A stretch of 64,000 bases of DNA from Azolla caroliniana (taxonomy: Eukaryota > Plantae > Polypodiophyta): contig JBHGNT010000012.1 of the NCBI GenBank assembly GCA_043228905.1, forward strand, positions 13,578,001 to 13,642,000. The letters are read 5' to 3'. Shown here piece after piece: positions 10,961 through 25,000 of the stretch (positions within the stretch are counted from its first letter, which is position 1; every line of letters begins with the position of its first letter). The translations under genes were made by a program, and so were the position numbers. Under the pieces are notes generated by a model. That model was not told the DNA's origin. It saw only the letters and a program-made list of their open reading frames with translations, and did not search any database.

Positions 10961-11664
10961 TGTTACGGGCATGACCATATAATATCCCGTGGTAAGAATT
11001 TACCGTAGTATTCTATACACGTGGATAAGTGTGAGGGTTAAATGAGAGTGTAAAGAAGGGGAGGATTACTTTTAATCCTCGGGATTGAGACAACCCATTA
11101 GGTCAAGTGTGAACTTGCCTGGGGGCCTTGGGTATCGCTATAAATAAGAGGCCTAGCTACCCTCATTTGATCATCTTTTGACTACATCGAGACTCTGCTC
11201 GTGTGGTGGGTCAACTCTTGTAGCGAGCGCGCCAGCACCAGGTACGACTCGACGCCACGGCGGTGGTATGGGACGCCGATCGAGGCTCGAGTCCGTCTCG
11301 ATCCCTTCGCTCGGGGGTGGTCGGGTGGATCGGCACCCTTCTTTCTCTTTCTCCTTTCTATCTATCTTTTCATTATCCTTATCTTATGCTTACTTTAGTA
11401 CCTAGATCTATAATATTTGGTATCAGATTTTTGTACTAATGTTTCTTTGTTTTTCATTTGTCTTTTGATTGATGCTGATCAATCGTTGTGCGGTTGGCCT
11501 TGATCCAGACAACGATCAACAAAGAACTTCGGTAACTCTTTCCATAATTTTTCTTTCTATTCTCTCTTCTCCCATCTAATCATGTGTTTAGTTTATATGT
11601 AATTTTTTTCATTAAGTCAATGATGTTGTAGTGGTCTTTAATTGATTATCTAAAACGTTTACAT

Positions 11665-11930
11665 ATGTGCACGAGGTCAATACCTCGTTTGACATGTTAA
11701 TAATATGTGATGAGTGTCGTATGCGTACGAGGTTAATACCTCAATTACGTATTACGTTCACGAACATATGTTACGTTTGCGTATGAGTTTAATACCTTGA
11801 TTTGTTGTAAACGATATGTGTTTGGTCTCGTATGCGTAAGAGGTCAATACCTCCATTGCGTATTACGATGATCTCTTATTTGTGGATGTTTCGTGTGCGT
11901 AGAGGTATATACCTCGATTACGTATCTCGA
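11665..11930 (+). repeat. Array of five hairpin repeats (~56-bp period) in the chromovirus 5' UTR
   Basis: Core GAGGT-N4-ACCTC at 11671, 11727, 11783 (degenerate), 11838 and ~11900; same array at ~22750-23010 and ~40770-41030. Confidence 0.8.
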
Positions 11931-13104
11931 TCACATCATTTGTGGCTATTTACTATAACGATATGTTGAATATAGGCATATGTGGTCACATATATACGTA
12001 TTTGATCGTATATATGTGATAAGTAAACATATGTGTATATTCGTTATTACGTGATTATATTGAAAGTTGTCATGATCGGGAAAAGGATGTTGGTGGCCGT
12101 CCTCACATTTTTGTGAGAATGGCGTTGTCACCATCCCTTTTTCAACATTTTTTTATTGTTGATAACCCCGTTGACGACCTCGATTTCGTTACATAAAGAA
12201 ACGCCAATAGCCAAAATGATGTTGAGTACGTAGGGCTTGACCCACTTCAAGTGAGGTCGCTCCAATGACGCACGTATCCAACATCCCTCCCTCGTTACAT
12301 GGATACGATGCCACCATGAGCTTGTTCTTACGAGAGGCATTCGTAATGACGTGACCATGTGATGGCCCACGTGAGCCTACTACGAAACGAAGGCTCATTT
12401 GGCTTGACCATTAGGTTGCACTTTGGCGTATGCCATCGTAATTACGAGACTTGAGGATAGGTAACGTACCAACATAGTTTTGGTAAATGAGGGCGAAATA
12501 AGGACCCTTGACATATATGTTCTTTTAAAAAAACATATATGATCAATTGCCTCGCATATCTCTTATACGCATCAAACATTAAGCATTCGAGAAGAGCAAC
12601 TTACTTTCTTGGCTCAAGTGTTTAATGTATTTGTTCTCGAGGTCTCGAGTTCAAATATGACAAAGACCATACAACATCCTTGATACATATGACTATAACA
12701 CATGTTTAGACTTAAGGTCTAAGTGCACCTCGGGGTCCTCGTAATAGGACTTAAAGAGCCGAAACCACATATGTGGGCACCCAAAACATAGTTTATTGTT
12801 AACATTTTTTTCGTGTATAAACTATTCATGACGCGAACATACATGGTTCAGCCTCGGGGAGCCACCATGAAAAAATCGATATAGAGATCAGGGAAAGACA
12901 TTTATTTGTCACCCCCAAGGTTTTTAAAACACCTTTGTGTTACCATAGTAACCTAATCTTGAACCTCATCTCATACGTCTAAAGGGGTATTGACGTGAGA
13001 TAATGATATCGATTAATGCTCGCCCATGATATGTTTACATCACGACATGATGTTATGACTATGTCTCTGACCTTATCCTATTTCTTTTCCAGAAATAATC
13101 TTTA

Positions 13105-14911
13105 ATGGCTCAAATTAACGACCCGATGTCATCCGCTCAAGCGGAAGGAACTCAAGGGAATCCTCCTGGACAAATGTCCACTGAGATGTATTTGGCACAA
13201 ATAACCCAATTCCTTAGTTTCACCGCTCAACAGATGTATTCGACAATCTCAGAGTGCTCTTGAGGCACGTGTCATTAGTCTACAACGTGAGACTAATAGA
13301 CCTGATGAGCGACAAGGTGAACCATCATTTGTCGTTAAGCCATTTACGGGAGACAAAAAGGAAAGAACCGAAGAAGCAATCTGCACATGGCTGGGACGAT
13401 GGGAGTCTCATTTTGAGCTCTATCCCACGCCAGATAGTACGAAGATTACATATGTCGGCCGAGAACTCGGGGGTAAGGCCGCCGCCTGGTGGCGTGGCCT
13501 CCGTACTATGGGGAAATTGCCGGATACCTGGACAGATTTTGTCACGGTTTTTAAGGGCCAATTTCTGCAACCTCCCTCTCGAACCGAGGCAGCACAAGCT
13601 TTAATGAACCTCTCTAGCAAGAAATTTTCCTCGCTAGAAGACTATGTTCACCATGCTAGAACCCAAATCCAAAAATCGGGTCTAGAAGGGGACAATTGGT
13701 TGATAGCTTGTTTTGTCAATGGCATCCCCAATTCGGACTATCACTGGATAGTGCATGATAAGGATCCAAAATCCTTCGAAGAGGCCGTTGAAATAGTTCT
13801 TCGCTATCAACGCACTTCGAAGAAGGACCATAACAAACCCAACGAAGCGCCCGGGACTAAGCAGTCGCAATTTGTTGGGAAACGCAAGACACCCAACGAA
13901 TTCCTGGATCGCGATTGTAAGCGACAACATCCTTTTTGTGTATTCTGCAAAAAGAAGGGTCATACAAAAGATCAATGTCGAAAGCTCCAACGGAAAGAGC
14001 ACGACAACAAAGCTAAAGCTGCAGACCATAAAGGTCAGATTCCTAATGTCCTTCAGGTCTATACACACCATTTAAGTAATTGTCAATGTTCTTTTCCTCA
14101 CTATGTATTGGGTCCCAATGATTTACTACGTGCAAACGGGTATATCAATGGATCTCCCGTACAATTTTTATTTGATTCGGGAAGCTCACACAATTTTGTG
14201 AATGATCGTTTGGTTCAGATATGGGGAATCCAACCCACCGTAAGTGATCACACCTACACGGTGCACTTGGCTGATGGAAGAGTACAATACATCAACGGGG
14301 CGATTCATTCATTAGGAATTTCTATTGATACTTATATAGAGGAAGTAGACTTCCATGTAATGAATCTTTGTACCACCGATGTAATACTGGGTTATCCCTG
14401 GTTTTATAATAAAAACTCTTCTTTATTTATTGATTGGGTTCGTCATTCCATTTCTTTTTTACTGAACGATTGTACGCATTTTATTCAATGTGTAAAAAAA
14501 CAATCCCTCTCGATTGTTTCCTCGTGTCCATCAATATCCGAGTTGTCTTGTTCTACGTTATTTTATTGTGTACTTGATCCGGACATTCACGTTTACAATA
14601 TCGATAATGTCCCGATTCAATTAACATATTTTGAACAACAACAACTTGATGAAATCTTAAATGATTTTCATGATGTTTTTCCAAGTGAACTACCTGATGG
14701 GTTACCTCCTAAACGTAATATAGACCATCGTATAGATATTGTACCTGGTGTTGTACCAATAAGTATACCTCCGTATCGCTTAAGTCGATCCGAAGAAGAT
14801 GAGGTATCTAAGCAACTCAAGGACTATTTACGAATGGGTTATATACGTTATAGTAAATCTCCATGGGTTACATATATGGGCAAATGCCTCACATATCTCT
14901 TATATGCATGA
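13105..14911 (+). pseudogene. gag: Chromovirus gag-protease, first tandem copy (open from 13508 to 14911)
   Basis: MAQINDPM start at 13105; CCHC CVFCKKKGHTKDQC; protease FLFDSGSSHNF; breaks at YSKSPW (RT start) into UTR sequence. Confidence 0.9.
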
Positions 14912-15379
14912 AGCATTAAATATTGAAGAAGAGCAACCTACTTGGTTGGCTCAAGTGTTTAATGCATTTGTTCTCGAGGTTTCGAGTTCAAATATGACCA
15001 AGACCATACAACATCGTTGATACGTATCACTCTAACACATGTTTAGACTAGAGGTCTAAGTGCATTTCGGGGTGCTCGTAATAGGACTTAAAGAGCTGAA
15101 ACCACATATGTGGGCACATAAACATAGTTTATTGTTAATATTTTCTTCGTGTATAAACTACTCATGAAGCGAACATACATGGTTGAGCGTCGGGGAGCTG
15201 CCATAAAAATTGATATAGAGATAAGGGAAAGACATTAATTTATCACCCCCATGGTTTTTTAAACACGTTTGTGTTACCATAGTAACCTGATCTTGAACCT
15301 CATCTCATACGTCTAGAGTGGTATTGACGTGAGATCATGATATTGATTAATGTTTGCCCATGATATGTCTAGATCACGA

Positions 15380-18300
15380 CATGATGTTATGACTATTTGT
15401 CTGACCTTATCCTATTTCTATGCTAGAAATAATCATTCAATGGCTCAAAATAACGACCCGATGTCATCCACTCAAGCGGAAGGAACTCAAGGAAATCCTC
15501 CTGGACAAATGTCCATTGAGATGTATTTTTCGCAAATAACCCAATACCTTAGTTTCACCACTCAACAGATAACCAAACTTCGGCAATCTAAAAGTGCTCT
15601 CGAGGCACGTGTCATTAGTTTACAACGTGCGACTAATAGACCTGATGAGCGATAGGGTGAACCATCGTTTGTCGTTAAGCCATTTACGGGAGAAAAAAGG
15701 AAAGATCGAAGAAGCAATATGCACGTGACTGGGCTGATGGGAGTCTCATTTTGAGCTCTATCCCACGCTAGATAGTACGAAGATTGCACATGTCGGCCGA
15801 GAAGAAGGGGGTAAGGCCGCCGCCTGGTGGCGTGGGCTCCGAGCTTTGGGGAAACTGCCCGATACCTGGACAGATTTTGTCACAATTTTTAAGGGCCAAT
15901 TTCTGCAACCTCCCTCTCGAACCGAGACAGCTCAAGCTTTAATGAACCTCTTTAGTAGGAAGTTTTCCGCGCTAGAAGACTATGTCCACCATGCTAGAAC
16001 CCAAATCCAAAAGTGGGGTCTAGAAGGGTACAATTGGTTAATAGCTTGTTTTGTCAATGGCATCCCCAATTCGGACTATCACTGGATACTGCACGATAAG
16101 GATCCAAAATCCTTCGAAGAGGCCGTTGAAATAGTTCTTTGCTATCAACGCACTTCGAAGAAGGACCACAACAAACCCCACAAAGCGCCCGAGACTAAGC
16201 AGTCGCAATTCGTTGGGAAACGCAAGACACCCAACAAACTCATGGATCGCGATTGTAAGCGACAACATCCTTTTTGCGTATTCTGCAAAAAGAAGGGTCA
16301 TAGAAAAGATCAATGTCGAAAGCTCCAACGAAAAGAGCACGACAACAAAGCTCAAGCTACAGACCATAAAGGTCAACTTCCTAATGTCCTTCAGGTCTAT
16401 ACACATCATTTAAGTAATTGTCAATGTTCTTTCCCTCACTATGTATTGGGTTCTACTGATTTACTACGTGCAAACGGGTATATCAATGGATCTTTCGTAA
16501 AATTTTTATTTGATTCGGGGAGCTCACACAAATTTGTGAATGATCGTTTGATTCAGATATGGGGAATCCAACCCACCATAAGTGATCACACCTACAGGGT
16601 GCACTTGGCTGATGGAAGAGTACAATACATCAACGGGGCGATTCATTCATTAGGAATTTCTATTGACACTTATATAGAGGAAGTAGACTTCTATGTAATG
16701 AACCTTTGTACTAGTGATGTAATACTGGGTTATCCTTGGTTCTCTAATAAAAAATCTTCTTTATCTATTGATTGGGTTCATCAGTCAATAACATTTGTAC
16801 TGAACATTGTACTCATTTTATTCAATGTGTAAAAAAACAATCCCTCTCGATTGTTTCCTCTCCATGAATATCAGAGTTGTCTTGTTCTACTCTATTTTAT
16901 TGTGTACTTGATCCGGACATTCACATTTACAATATCGATAATGTCTCGGTTCAATTAACATATTTTGAACAACAACTTGATGAAATCTTAAATGATTTTC
17001 GTGATGTTTTTCCGAGTGAAGTACCAGATGGGTTAACTCCTAAACGTAATATAGACCATCGTATAGATATTGTACTTGGTGTTGCACCAATAAGTATAAC
17101 TCCTTATCGCTTAAGTCGATCCGAAGAGGATGAGGTATCTAAGCAACTCAGGGACTATTTACGAATGGGTTATATATACGTTATATTAATACTCCATGGG
17201 GTGCACCAATTCTCTTGGTTAAAAAGAAAGAGCGCACATGGCGTATGTGTATTAATTACCGATGCTTGAATAAAGTGACGATCAAGAATTCGTATCCATT
17301 GCCCCATGCTAACGATGTAATTGACCGTCTCTAGGGAGCTCGGTATTTTACGAAATTTGATCTCCGTACTGGCTACCATCAAATTCGTATAAGTGAGGAC
17401 GATGTTCCTAAAACGGCATTTCGTATGCGCTATGGCCATTATGAGTTTTTGGTTATGCCTTTTGGCTTGACCAATGCTCCGGCTACATTTCAAGAAGAAA
17501 TGAATGACATTTTCCGAGAACAACTTGGAAAATTTGTCGTTATTTTCTTGAATCATATTTTAGTTTATAGCCGTACATTACAAGAACATGCTAAATATGT
17601 CCGCTTTGTTTTACAAACATTGTGTGACAAACAGTTTTATGCGAAGATCTCAAAATGTAAGTTCTTCAAAAAATGAATTAATTATCTGGGACACCTCATA
17701 ACCGAACGAGGAGTTGAAATTGATCCTTTTCGCATCGAGAAAATCAAGCTTTGGCCCACTCTTTGGAACATTCGAGAAGTTCGATCATTCCTTGGTTTTG
17801 TCGAGTTTTTACCAAAATCCCTTCATAATTACTCCCAATTGACGTCGTTGTTTACTGATCTTCTAAAAGGTGAAATGCGTAAGTCTACAAAACCTATTGT
17901 CTGGAATTCTATACTAGACCTCGCCTTTAAGGAACTAAAGGACCTGGTGTGCAAGGCTCCTTCAATTCTTTTACTTGATCCTTCAAAACCTTTTGAGGTT
18001 GAAACCGATGCAAGCGATTATGCTATAGGTGTTGTCTTATATCAAGATGGTAAACCAATAGCACTTGAGAGTAAGAAACTTGATTCTGCTCAATGTCGGT
18101 ATACCGTTCAAGAAAAGGAATTATTTGTAGTTATATATGCGTTCAAAACATGGCGCCATTATCTTTATGGAAATCGCTTTGTGGTAACTACGGACCACGA
18201 GTCCTTGAAATATGTTTGTGACCAACAAGACCTGAAAGGTCGTAAGGCAGGATGGGCTGATCCCATCCAGGATGGGCTGATCGCATCCGTGAAGTTAATA

Positions 18301-19806
18301 TGCTTAGATTCACTGAAATAACATCAGATCTTTATGATCACCTTCGAGGAAAGTATCTTGATGATAGTTATTTCGCAAAATACTGGGCAACAGTTGAGTC
18401 TGGAACAGACACCATCACATCCTCGAAGGAATACTTCCACATTGCTAACGGTCTACTCTACCATAATAGGAAGGTTTGTGTTCCAGATTTGCCTAAGGTC
18501 AAAAAGAGAATTCTTTTTTAATTCCATGATGCACCCTCAGCAGGGCACCCTAGAATACATCACACACTCGTTCTCATCTCCACTCAATTCTATTGGCCTA
18601 AGATGCGTCCTGACATACATAGCTATGTGACTAAATGTCACCAATGTCAGGTTAACAAAGCCGAGCGACTTAAAGTCGTAGGACTTTTACATCCCTTGGA
18701 CATTCCCAATAATAAGTGTGAAAGTATATCTATGGATTTTATTGTTATCCTTCCTCGTACCCAAAAAGGCCATGATGCCATCTGGGTTGTGGTTGATAGA
18801 CTAACTAAAATGGCCAGATTTATTGTTACTAAAACCAGAGTAACAACTGTTGAATTGGCTTACTAATTTGTTGACGAATTATTTCGTTTTTATGGGTTAC
18901 CGATGGATATCGTCAGTGATCGAGATCCAAAGTTTATTAGTGACTTTTAGATGCAAGTCTTCAAGAAGTTAGATTTTGAAACTACATTGAGCATGAGCTC
19001 CTCGGATCATCCTCAATCCGATGGACAGACAGAACGAGTAAATCAAATTATTGACGACATGCTTCGAGCATACGTTGGTGCCAAACCAACAAAATGGGAA
19101 CGTTATCTCCCAATTTTGGAGTTTGCTTATAACAGCTCGAAGCATACATCGATAGGATATAGTCCTTTTATGTTGATGTATGGTTTTCAACCAGGAGCCT
19201 CGATTGATGTTAATATACATCATGATGAGTTGCGAAGTATGCAAAACATTCTTCGGGATATGCAAGATATGTTGCATATTTCACGAGATAGTATAAAAGC
19301 AGCTCAAGATAGACTATGTTTTTATGTCGATCATCATAGGCAACCTCGTGTATTCAACCCTGGACAGAAGGTATTTTTACGTGTACCTCACAATTCTAAG
19401 ACATTGTTTAAGGGTAAGTGCGCTATGTTAGCCCCACGGTTTTGTGGACCTTTTACAGTCCTCAAACGCATTGGGTCATCAGCCTATCGTCTTGCTCTTC
19501 CCGAATGTGTTGAAATTCATCCAGTTTTTCATGTGAGTAGTCTAAAAGAACTTCTAGGTTCTGGCAACAATATAGTTACAACTAAAACTATGGTTACTTC
19601 TGAAGAATTATCTTCTAAATCACATGTACCAGAAAGAATTCTTGATGCTAAAACAAAAAAATTACGTTCTAAAGAAATCTGAGAATTTAAAATTAAATGG
19701 ATGGATAAATCAATAAAAGATGCCACATGGGGACACGAAAATACTCTCAAAACTAACTTCCCTAACTTTCCATTGCAAGAGTGCAATATTTTATCGAGGG
19801 GGAGTA
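15380..19806 (+). pseudogene. pol: Chromovirus gag-pol, second tandem copy, with many stops and frameshifts
   Basis: gag/PR 15846..16832; [19 protein letters not shown]; [12 protein letters not shown]; [18 protein letters not shown]; GPF motif; chromodomain remnant. Confidence 0.92.
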
Positions 19807-20551
19807 TGTTATGGGCATGACCATATAATATCCCTTGGTGAGAATTTACCGTAGTATTCTATACACGTGGATAAGCGTGAGAGTTAAATGAGAGTGTAAA
19901 GAAGGGGAGGATTACTTTTAATTCTCGGGATTGAGACAACCCATTAGGCCAAGTGTGAACTTTCCTGGGGGGCTTGGGTATCGCTATAAATAAGTGGCCT
20001 AGCTACCCTCATTTCATCATGTTGTTGACTACGTCGAGACTCCATCTTGTGGTGGGTCAACTCTTGTAGTGAGCGCGCCAACACCAGGTACGACTCGACG
20101 CCACGTCGGTGGTATGGGACGCCGATCGAGGCTTGAGTCCGTCTCGATCCCTTCGCTTGGTGGTGGTCAGGTGGATCAACACCCTTCTTTCTCTCTCTCC
20201 TTTCTATCTATTTATCTATATTCTATCCTTATCTATTGCTTACATTAGTTCATGTCTCTAATACTGAAGTCTTCATACTTGGACGGTAGTGAGTCAGTAG
20301 CTGTCCTCATTTGATTGCTCGACTCAGAGGCACTGTGCACTATTTTCCTTGTTGTGACCAGGATGTGAGCATCCACCTTGGAGTTGATTCTTGCTTTAAT
20401 GGGAGGGTGAGCGCCTCCTACAACATTAGATACTGCTTGCACCTCCGAGCTGGTTTGGGAGAAAGTGGATTTTGTGCCTTCAGCCAAGACAAACAAAGGA
20501 TGACCAGATGTTGTAGTGAAGTGATAACATAAAACGTTAAGGCCTCTTGGT

Positions 20552-20646
20552 TGTTACGGGCATGACCATAATACGGTTAAACGAGAGTGTAAAGAATAAT
20601 ACGCTAAATTCTTACCACGGGATATTATATGGTCATGCCCGTAACA
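20552..20646. mobile_element. 95-bp inverted-repeat mini-element built from two chromovirus U3 ends
   Basis: 19-bp TIR TGTTACGGGCATGACCATA; flanks TTGGT/CTGGT; interrupts the protease frame of the Tcn1-like element. Confidence 0.85.
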
Positions 20647-21977
20647 CTGGTGGTCCCTGAGCTGTAAGATAAGTGGGACAGTGGCTTCACTGACTGCTCT
20701 TGAAGAAAGCATGCGTCCATCAATAGCGTCCACTAGGATTGTCTTGGACAATCGGACAACCAAAATTTTGTGTTTACAAATGAACCTTTTGTCCATAAAA
20801 CATGTTGTTGCCCCGGAATCGAGAAGTGCTAAGGACCTAATTGAAATCAACTTGAAATGGATGCTTAGCGGAAAGGAGAAATCTTTTGTCGATGTAGCCG
20901 AACTATGGGAGCGACACGAATGCGGATTGTCCAACCACTTGGCTCCTAATGTAGTTGGACATCGTCGTTTTCCGGTTGTTGGGGACATCTTGTCGTATTT
21001 TTTGTAGATATTTGTCGTTGGTTATTCTTGATTGGGCAAAAACAAATTAGATGGGTGGATGCACCACAATATAAACATAGTCTGTTAGTTCGGCGATACC
21101 TCCTTCGGCCTTGGTGAGTGGCGGGGCGCAAGCTCGATCAATTTCCATCGGCACGGGGTCATTGTATGATGACGATGGAGAATATCTCAAAGAGGGTTGC
21201 CACCTTGAAGTTGCACATTCCCCTTGATGAAGCTCAAACAACCAATTGTCACAACTAACAGCTTGCGTGATGGCTTGCGACAATGACGTAGGCTCCGGAA
21301 AGTTGAGTAGTAAATTTTTAATCTTGCTTCGAAGGCCCCAACGAAAATGATCGTAGAGCGATTGGCCATCCCACTGAACATCACATGCTCATTGTCTAAA
21401 TTCAGAGGCATAAACGAATACCAGATGCATACCTTGATGTAATGAATAGAGTTTGGTAATGGCAGTTCGATGTCGGTCCGTATCCCCAAATGTTGCCTCA
21501 AACTCTACTAGAAAGGCAGGAAAATTTTGTAGAAGTGGTGATGAAGTTTCGACCAACGGTGCAAACCAGGCTTGTGTAGCTCCTAATAGAAGGGTCCCGA
21601 TGAGACCAACTTGACGAAAATCATCCACATATAGTTGAGGCTATAGTTGGATAATAAGCTTCATCTAATTTATGAACCCTCAGAAGTGCTTCCTCGTGCC
21701 ATCCAACTTGTCAGGTAAACTAATCTTTGGCTCCATACTTGTAGTGGGATGGGGAGGAGTTGGAGAAAGCCTAGACGAGGAACCACGCTCTATAGGTAGA
21801 ACATTTGTTGATGCAGAGGAGAGTTGTTTTTTTCTTCGAGTTCCATCGGTGTTCCAACTTGAAGCTTCTGTAACGATTGCCGAAGGTTGTCATTCTCAAG
21901 TTGAACTTGATGCCTGGCTTCAATGAGTTGATTTATTCTCTCGGTAAGATCCTACATGCTGAGGCTTAGAAAATGGG

Positions 21978-21990
21978 AAGGTGAACAAAC
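21978..21990 (-). promoter_or_regulatory. Putative self-priming PBS of the Tcn1-like element
   Basis: Minus-strand GTTTGTTCACCTT abuts the LTR end and is complementary to AAGGTGAATAAC (28835-28824), 32 nt downstream of TATAAATA. Confidence 0.65.
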
Positions 21991-22043
21991 TATCACGAAC
22001 GAGTGGAATGAGGCTAAGTACTAAGAGAGAGCGAGAGCATAAG

Positions 22044-25000
22044 TGTTACGGGCATGACCATTTAATATCCCGTGGTGAGAATTTACCGTAGTATTCTATA
22101 GACGTGGATAAGTGTGAGGGTTAAACAAGAGTGTAAAGAAGGGGAGGATTACTTTTAATCCTCGGGACTGAGACAACCCATTAGGTCAAGTGTGAACTTG
22201 CCTGGGGGCCTTGGGTATCGCTATAAATAAGAGGCCTAGCTACCCTCATTTGATCATCTTTTGACTACATCGAGACTCTGCTCTTGTGGTGGGTCAACTC
22301 TTGTAGTGAGCGCACCAACACCAGGTACGACTCGACGCCACGGCGATGGTATGGGACGCCGATCGAGGCTCGAGTCCGTCTCGATCCCTTCGCTCGGGGG
22401 TGGTCGGGTGGATCGGCACCCTTCTTTCTCTTTCTCCTTTCTATCTATCATTACTTTATCCTTATCTTAAGCTTACTTTAGTACCTAGATCTCTAATATT
22501 TGGTATCAGATTTATGTACTAATGTTTCTTTGTTTTTCATTTGTCTTTTGATTGATGGTGATCGATCGATGTGCGGTCGGCCTTGATCCAGACAACGATC
22601 AACAAAGAACTTCGGTAACTCTTTCCATAATTTTTTTTTCTATTCTCTCTTCTCCCATCTAATCATGTGTTTAGTTTATATGTCATTTTTTCATTAAGTC
22701 AATGATGTTGTAGTGGTCTTTAATTGATTATCTAAAACGTTTACATATGTGCACGAGGTCAATACCTCGCGTGACATATTAATAATATGTGATGAGTGTC
22801 GTATGCGTACGAGGTTAATACCTCAATTACGTATTACGTTCACGAACATATGTTACGTTTGCGTATGAGTTTAATACCTTGATTTGTTGTAAACGATATG
22901 CGGTTAGTCTCATATGCGTAAGAGATCAATACCTCAATTGCGTATTACGATGATCTCTTATTTGTGGATGTTTCGTGTGCGTAGAGGTATATACCTCGAT
23001 TACGTATCTCGATCACATCATTTGTGGCTATTTAATATAACGATATGTTAATATAGGCATATGTGGTCACGTATATACGTATTTGATCATATATATGTGA
23101 TAAGTAAACATATGTGTATATTCATTATTACGTGATTATATCGAAAGTTGTCCTTGTCAAGAAAAGGATGTTGGTGGCCGTCCTCACATTTTTGTCAGAA
23201 TGGCGTTGTCACCATCCCTTTTTCAACAATTTTTTATTATTGACAACCCCGTTGATGACCTCGATTTCGTTACGTAAAGAAACGCCTATAGCCATAATGA
23301 TGTTGAGTACGTAGGGCTTGACCCACTTCAAGTGAGGTCGCTCCAATGACACACGTATCCAACATCCCTCCCTCGTTACATGGATATGATGCCACCATGA
23401 GCTCGTTCTTACGAGAGGCATTCGTAATGACGTGACCATGTGATGGGCCACGTGGGCCTACTACGAAACGAAGGCTCATTTGGCTTGACCATTAGGTTGC
23501 AATTTGGCGTATGCCATCGTAATTACGAGACTTGAGGTTAGGTAACGTACCAACATAGTTTTGGTAAATGAGGGCGAAATAAGGTCCCTTGAAATATATG
23601 TTCTTTTAAAAAAAAACATATATGATCAATTGCCTCGCATATCTCTTATACGCATCAAACATTAAGCATTCGAGAAGAGCAACTTATTTGGTTGGCTCAA
23701 GTGTTTAATGTATTTGTTCTCGAGGTCTCGAGTTCAAATATGACCAAGACCATACAACATCCTTGATACATATGACTATAACACATGTATAGACTTAAGG
23801 CCTAAGTGCACCTCGGGGTCCTCGTAATAGGACTTAAAGAGCCGAAACCACATATGTGAGCACCGAAACATAGTTTATAGTTCATATGTGAACATACATG
23901 GTTGAGCCTCGGGGAGCCACCATGAAAAAATCGATATAGAGATCAGGGAAAGACATTAAATTGTCACCTTTGTGTTACCATAGTAACCTGATCTTGAACC
24001 TCATCTCATACGTCTAGAGGGGTATTGACGTGAGATCATGATATCGATTAATGTTTGCCCATGATATGTCTCCATCACGATATAATGTTATGACTATCTC
24101 TCTGACCTTATCCTATTTCTTTTCCAGAAATAATCTTTAATGGCTCAAATTAACGACCCAATGTCATCCGCTCAAGCAGAAGGAACTCAAGGGAATCCTC
24201 CTAGACAAATGTCCACTGAGATGTATTTGGCACAAATAACCCAATACCTTAGTTTCACCGCTCAAACAATGACCGAACTTCAGCAATCTCAGAGTGCTCT
24301 TGAGGCACGTGTCATTAGTCTACAACGTGAGACTAATAGACCTGATGAGCGACAAGGTGAACCATCATTTGTCGTTAAGCCATTTATAGGAGACAAAAAG
24401 GAAAGAACCGAGAAGCAATCTGCACATGGCTGGGACGATGGGAGTCTCATTTTGGCTAGATAGTACGAAGATTGCATATGTCGGCCGAGAACTCGGGGGT
24501 AAGGCTGTCGCCTGGTGGCGTGGGCTCCATACTATGGGGAAATTGCCCGATACCTGGACAGATTTTGTCACGGTTTTTAAGGGCCAATTTTTGCAACCTC
24601 CCTCTCGAACCGAGGCAGCACAAGCTTTAATGAACCTCTCTAGCAGGAAATTTTCCTCGCTAGAAGACTATGTTCACCATGCTAGAACCCAAATCCAAAA
24701 ATCGGGTCTAGAAAGGGACAATTGGTTGATAGCTTGTTTTGTCAATGGCATCCCCAATTCGGACTATCATTGGATAGTGCATGATAAGGATCCAAAATCC
24801 TTCGAAGAGGCCGTTGAAATAGTTCTTCGCTATCAACGCACTTCGAACAAGGACCACAACAAACCCAACGAAGCGCCAGGGACTAAGCAGTCGCAATTTG
24901 TTGGGAAACGCAAGACACCCAACGAATTCATGGATCGCGATTGTAAGCGACAACATCCTTTTTGCGTATTCTGCAAAAAGAAGGGTCATACAAAAGATCA

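Larger units (their letters stand above)
7835..17260 (+). repeat. Segmental duplication, copy 1 (~9.4 kb)
   Basis: Near-identical to ~36938-46362 with a constant offset of 29103/29102 across many ORFs (8096/37199, 13508/42610, 16877/45979). Confidence 0.95.
10961..20263 (+). mobile_element. Chromovirus (Ty3/Gypsy) element, recombinant, with tandemly duplicated UTR-gag-protease
   Basis: LTRs 10961-11415 and 19807-20263 are diverged from each other and the flanks TTGTT/CTGAA do not match; PBS TGGTATCAGA at 11418; PPT GAGGGGGAGTA before 19807. Confidence 0.92.

Noticed and set aside
11665-11930. CRISPR array
   Set aside because: Repeats are degenerate, there are no cas genes, and it is part of a eukaryotic retrotransposon UTR.
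10961-20263. Single intact insertion datable from its LTR pair
   Set aside because: No TSD and the LTRs are of different subtypes; it is a recombinant.
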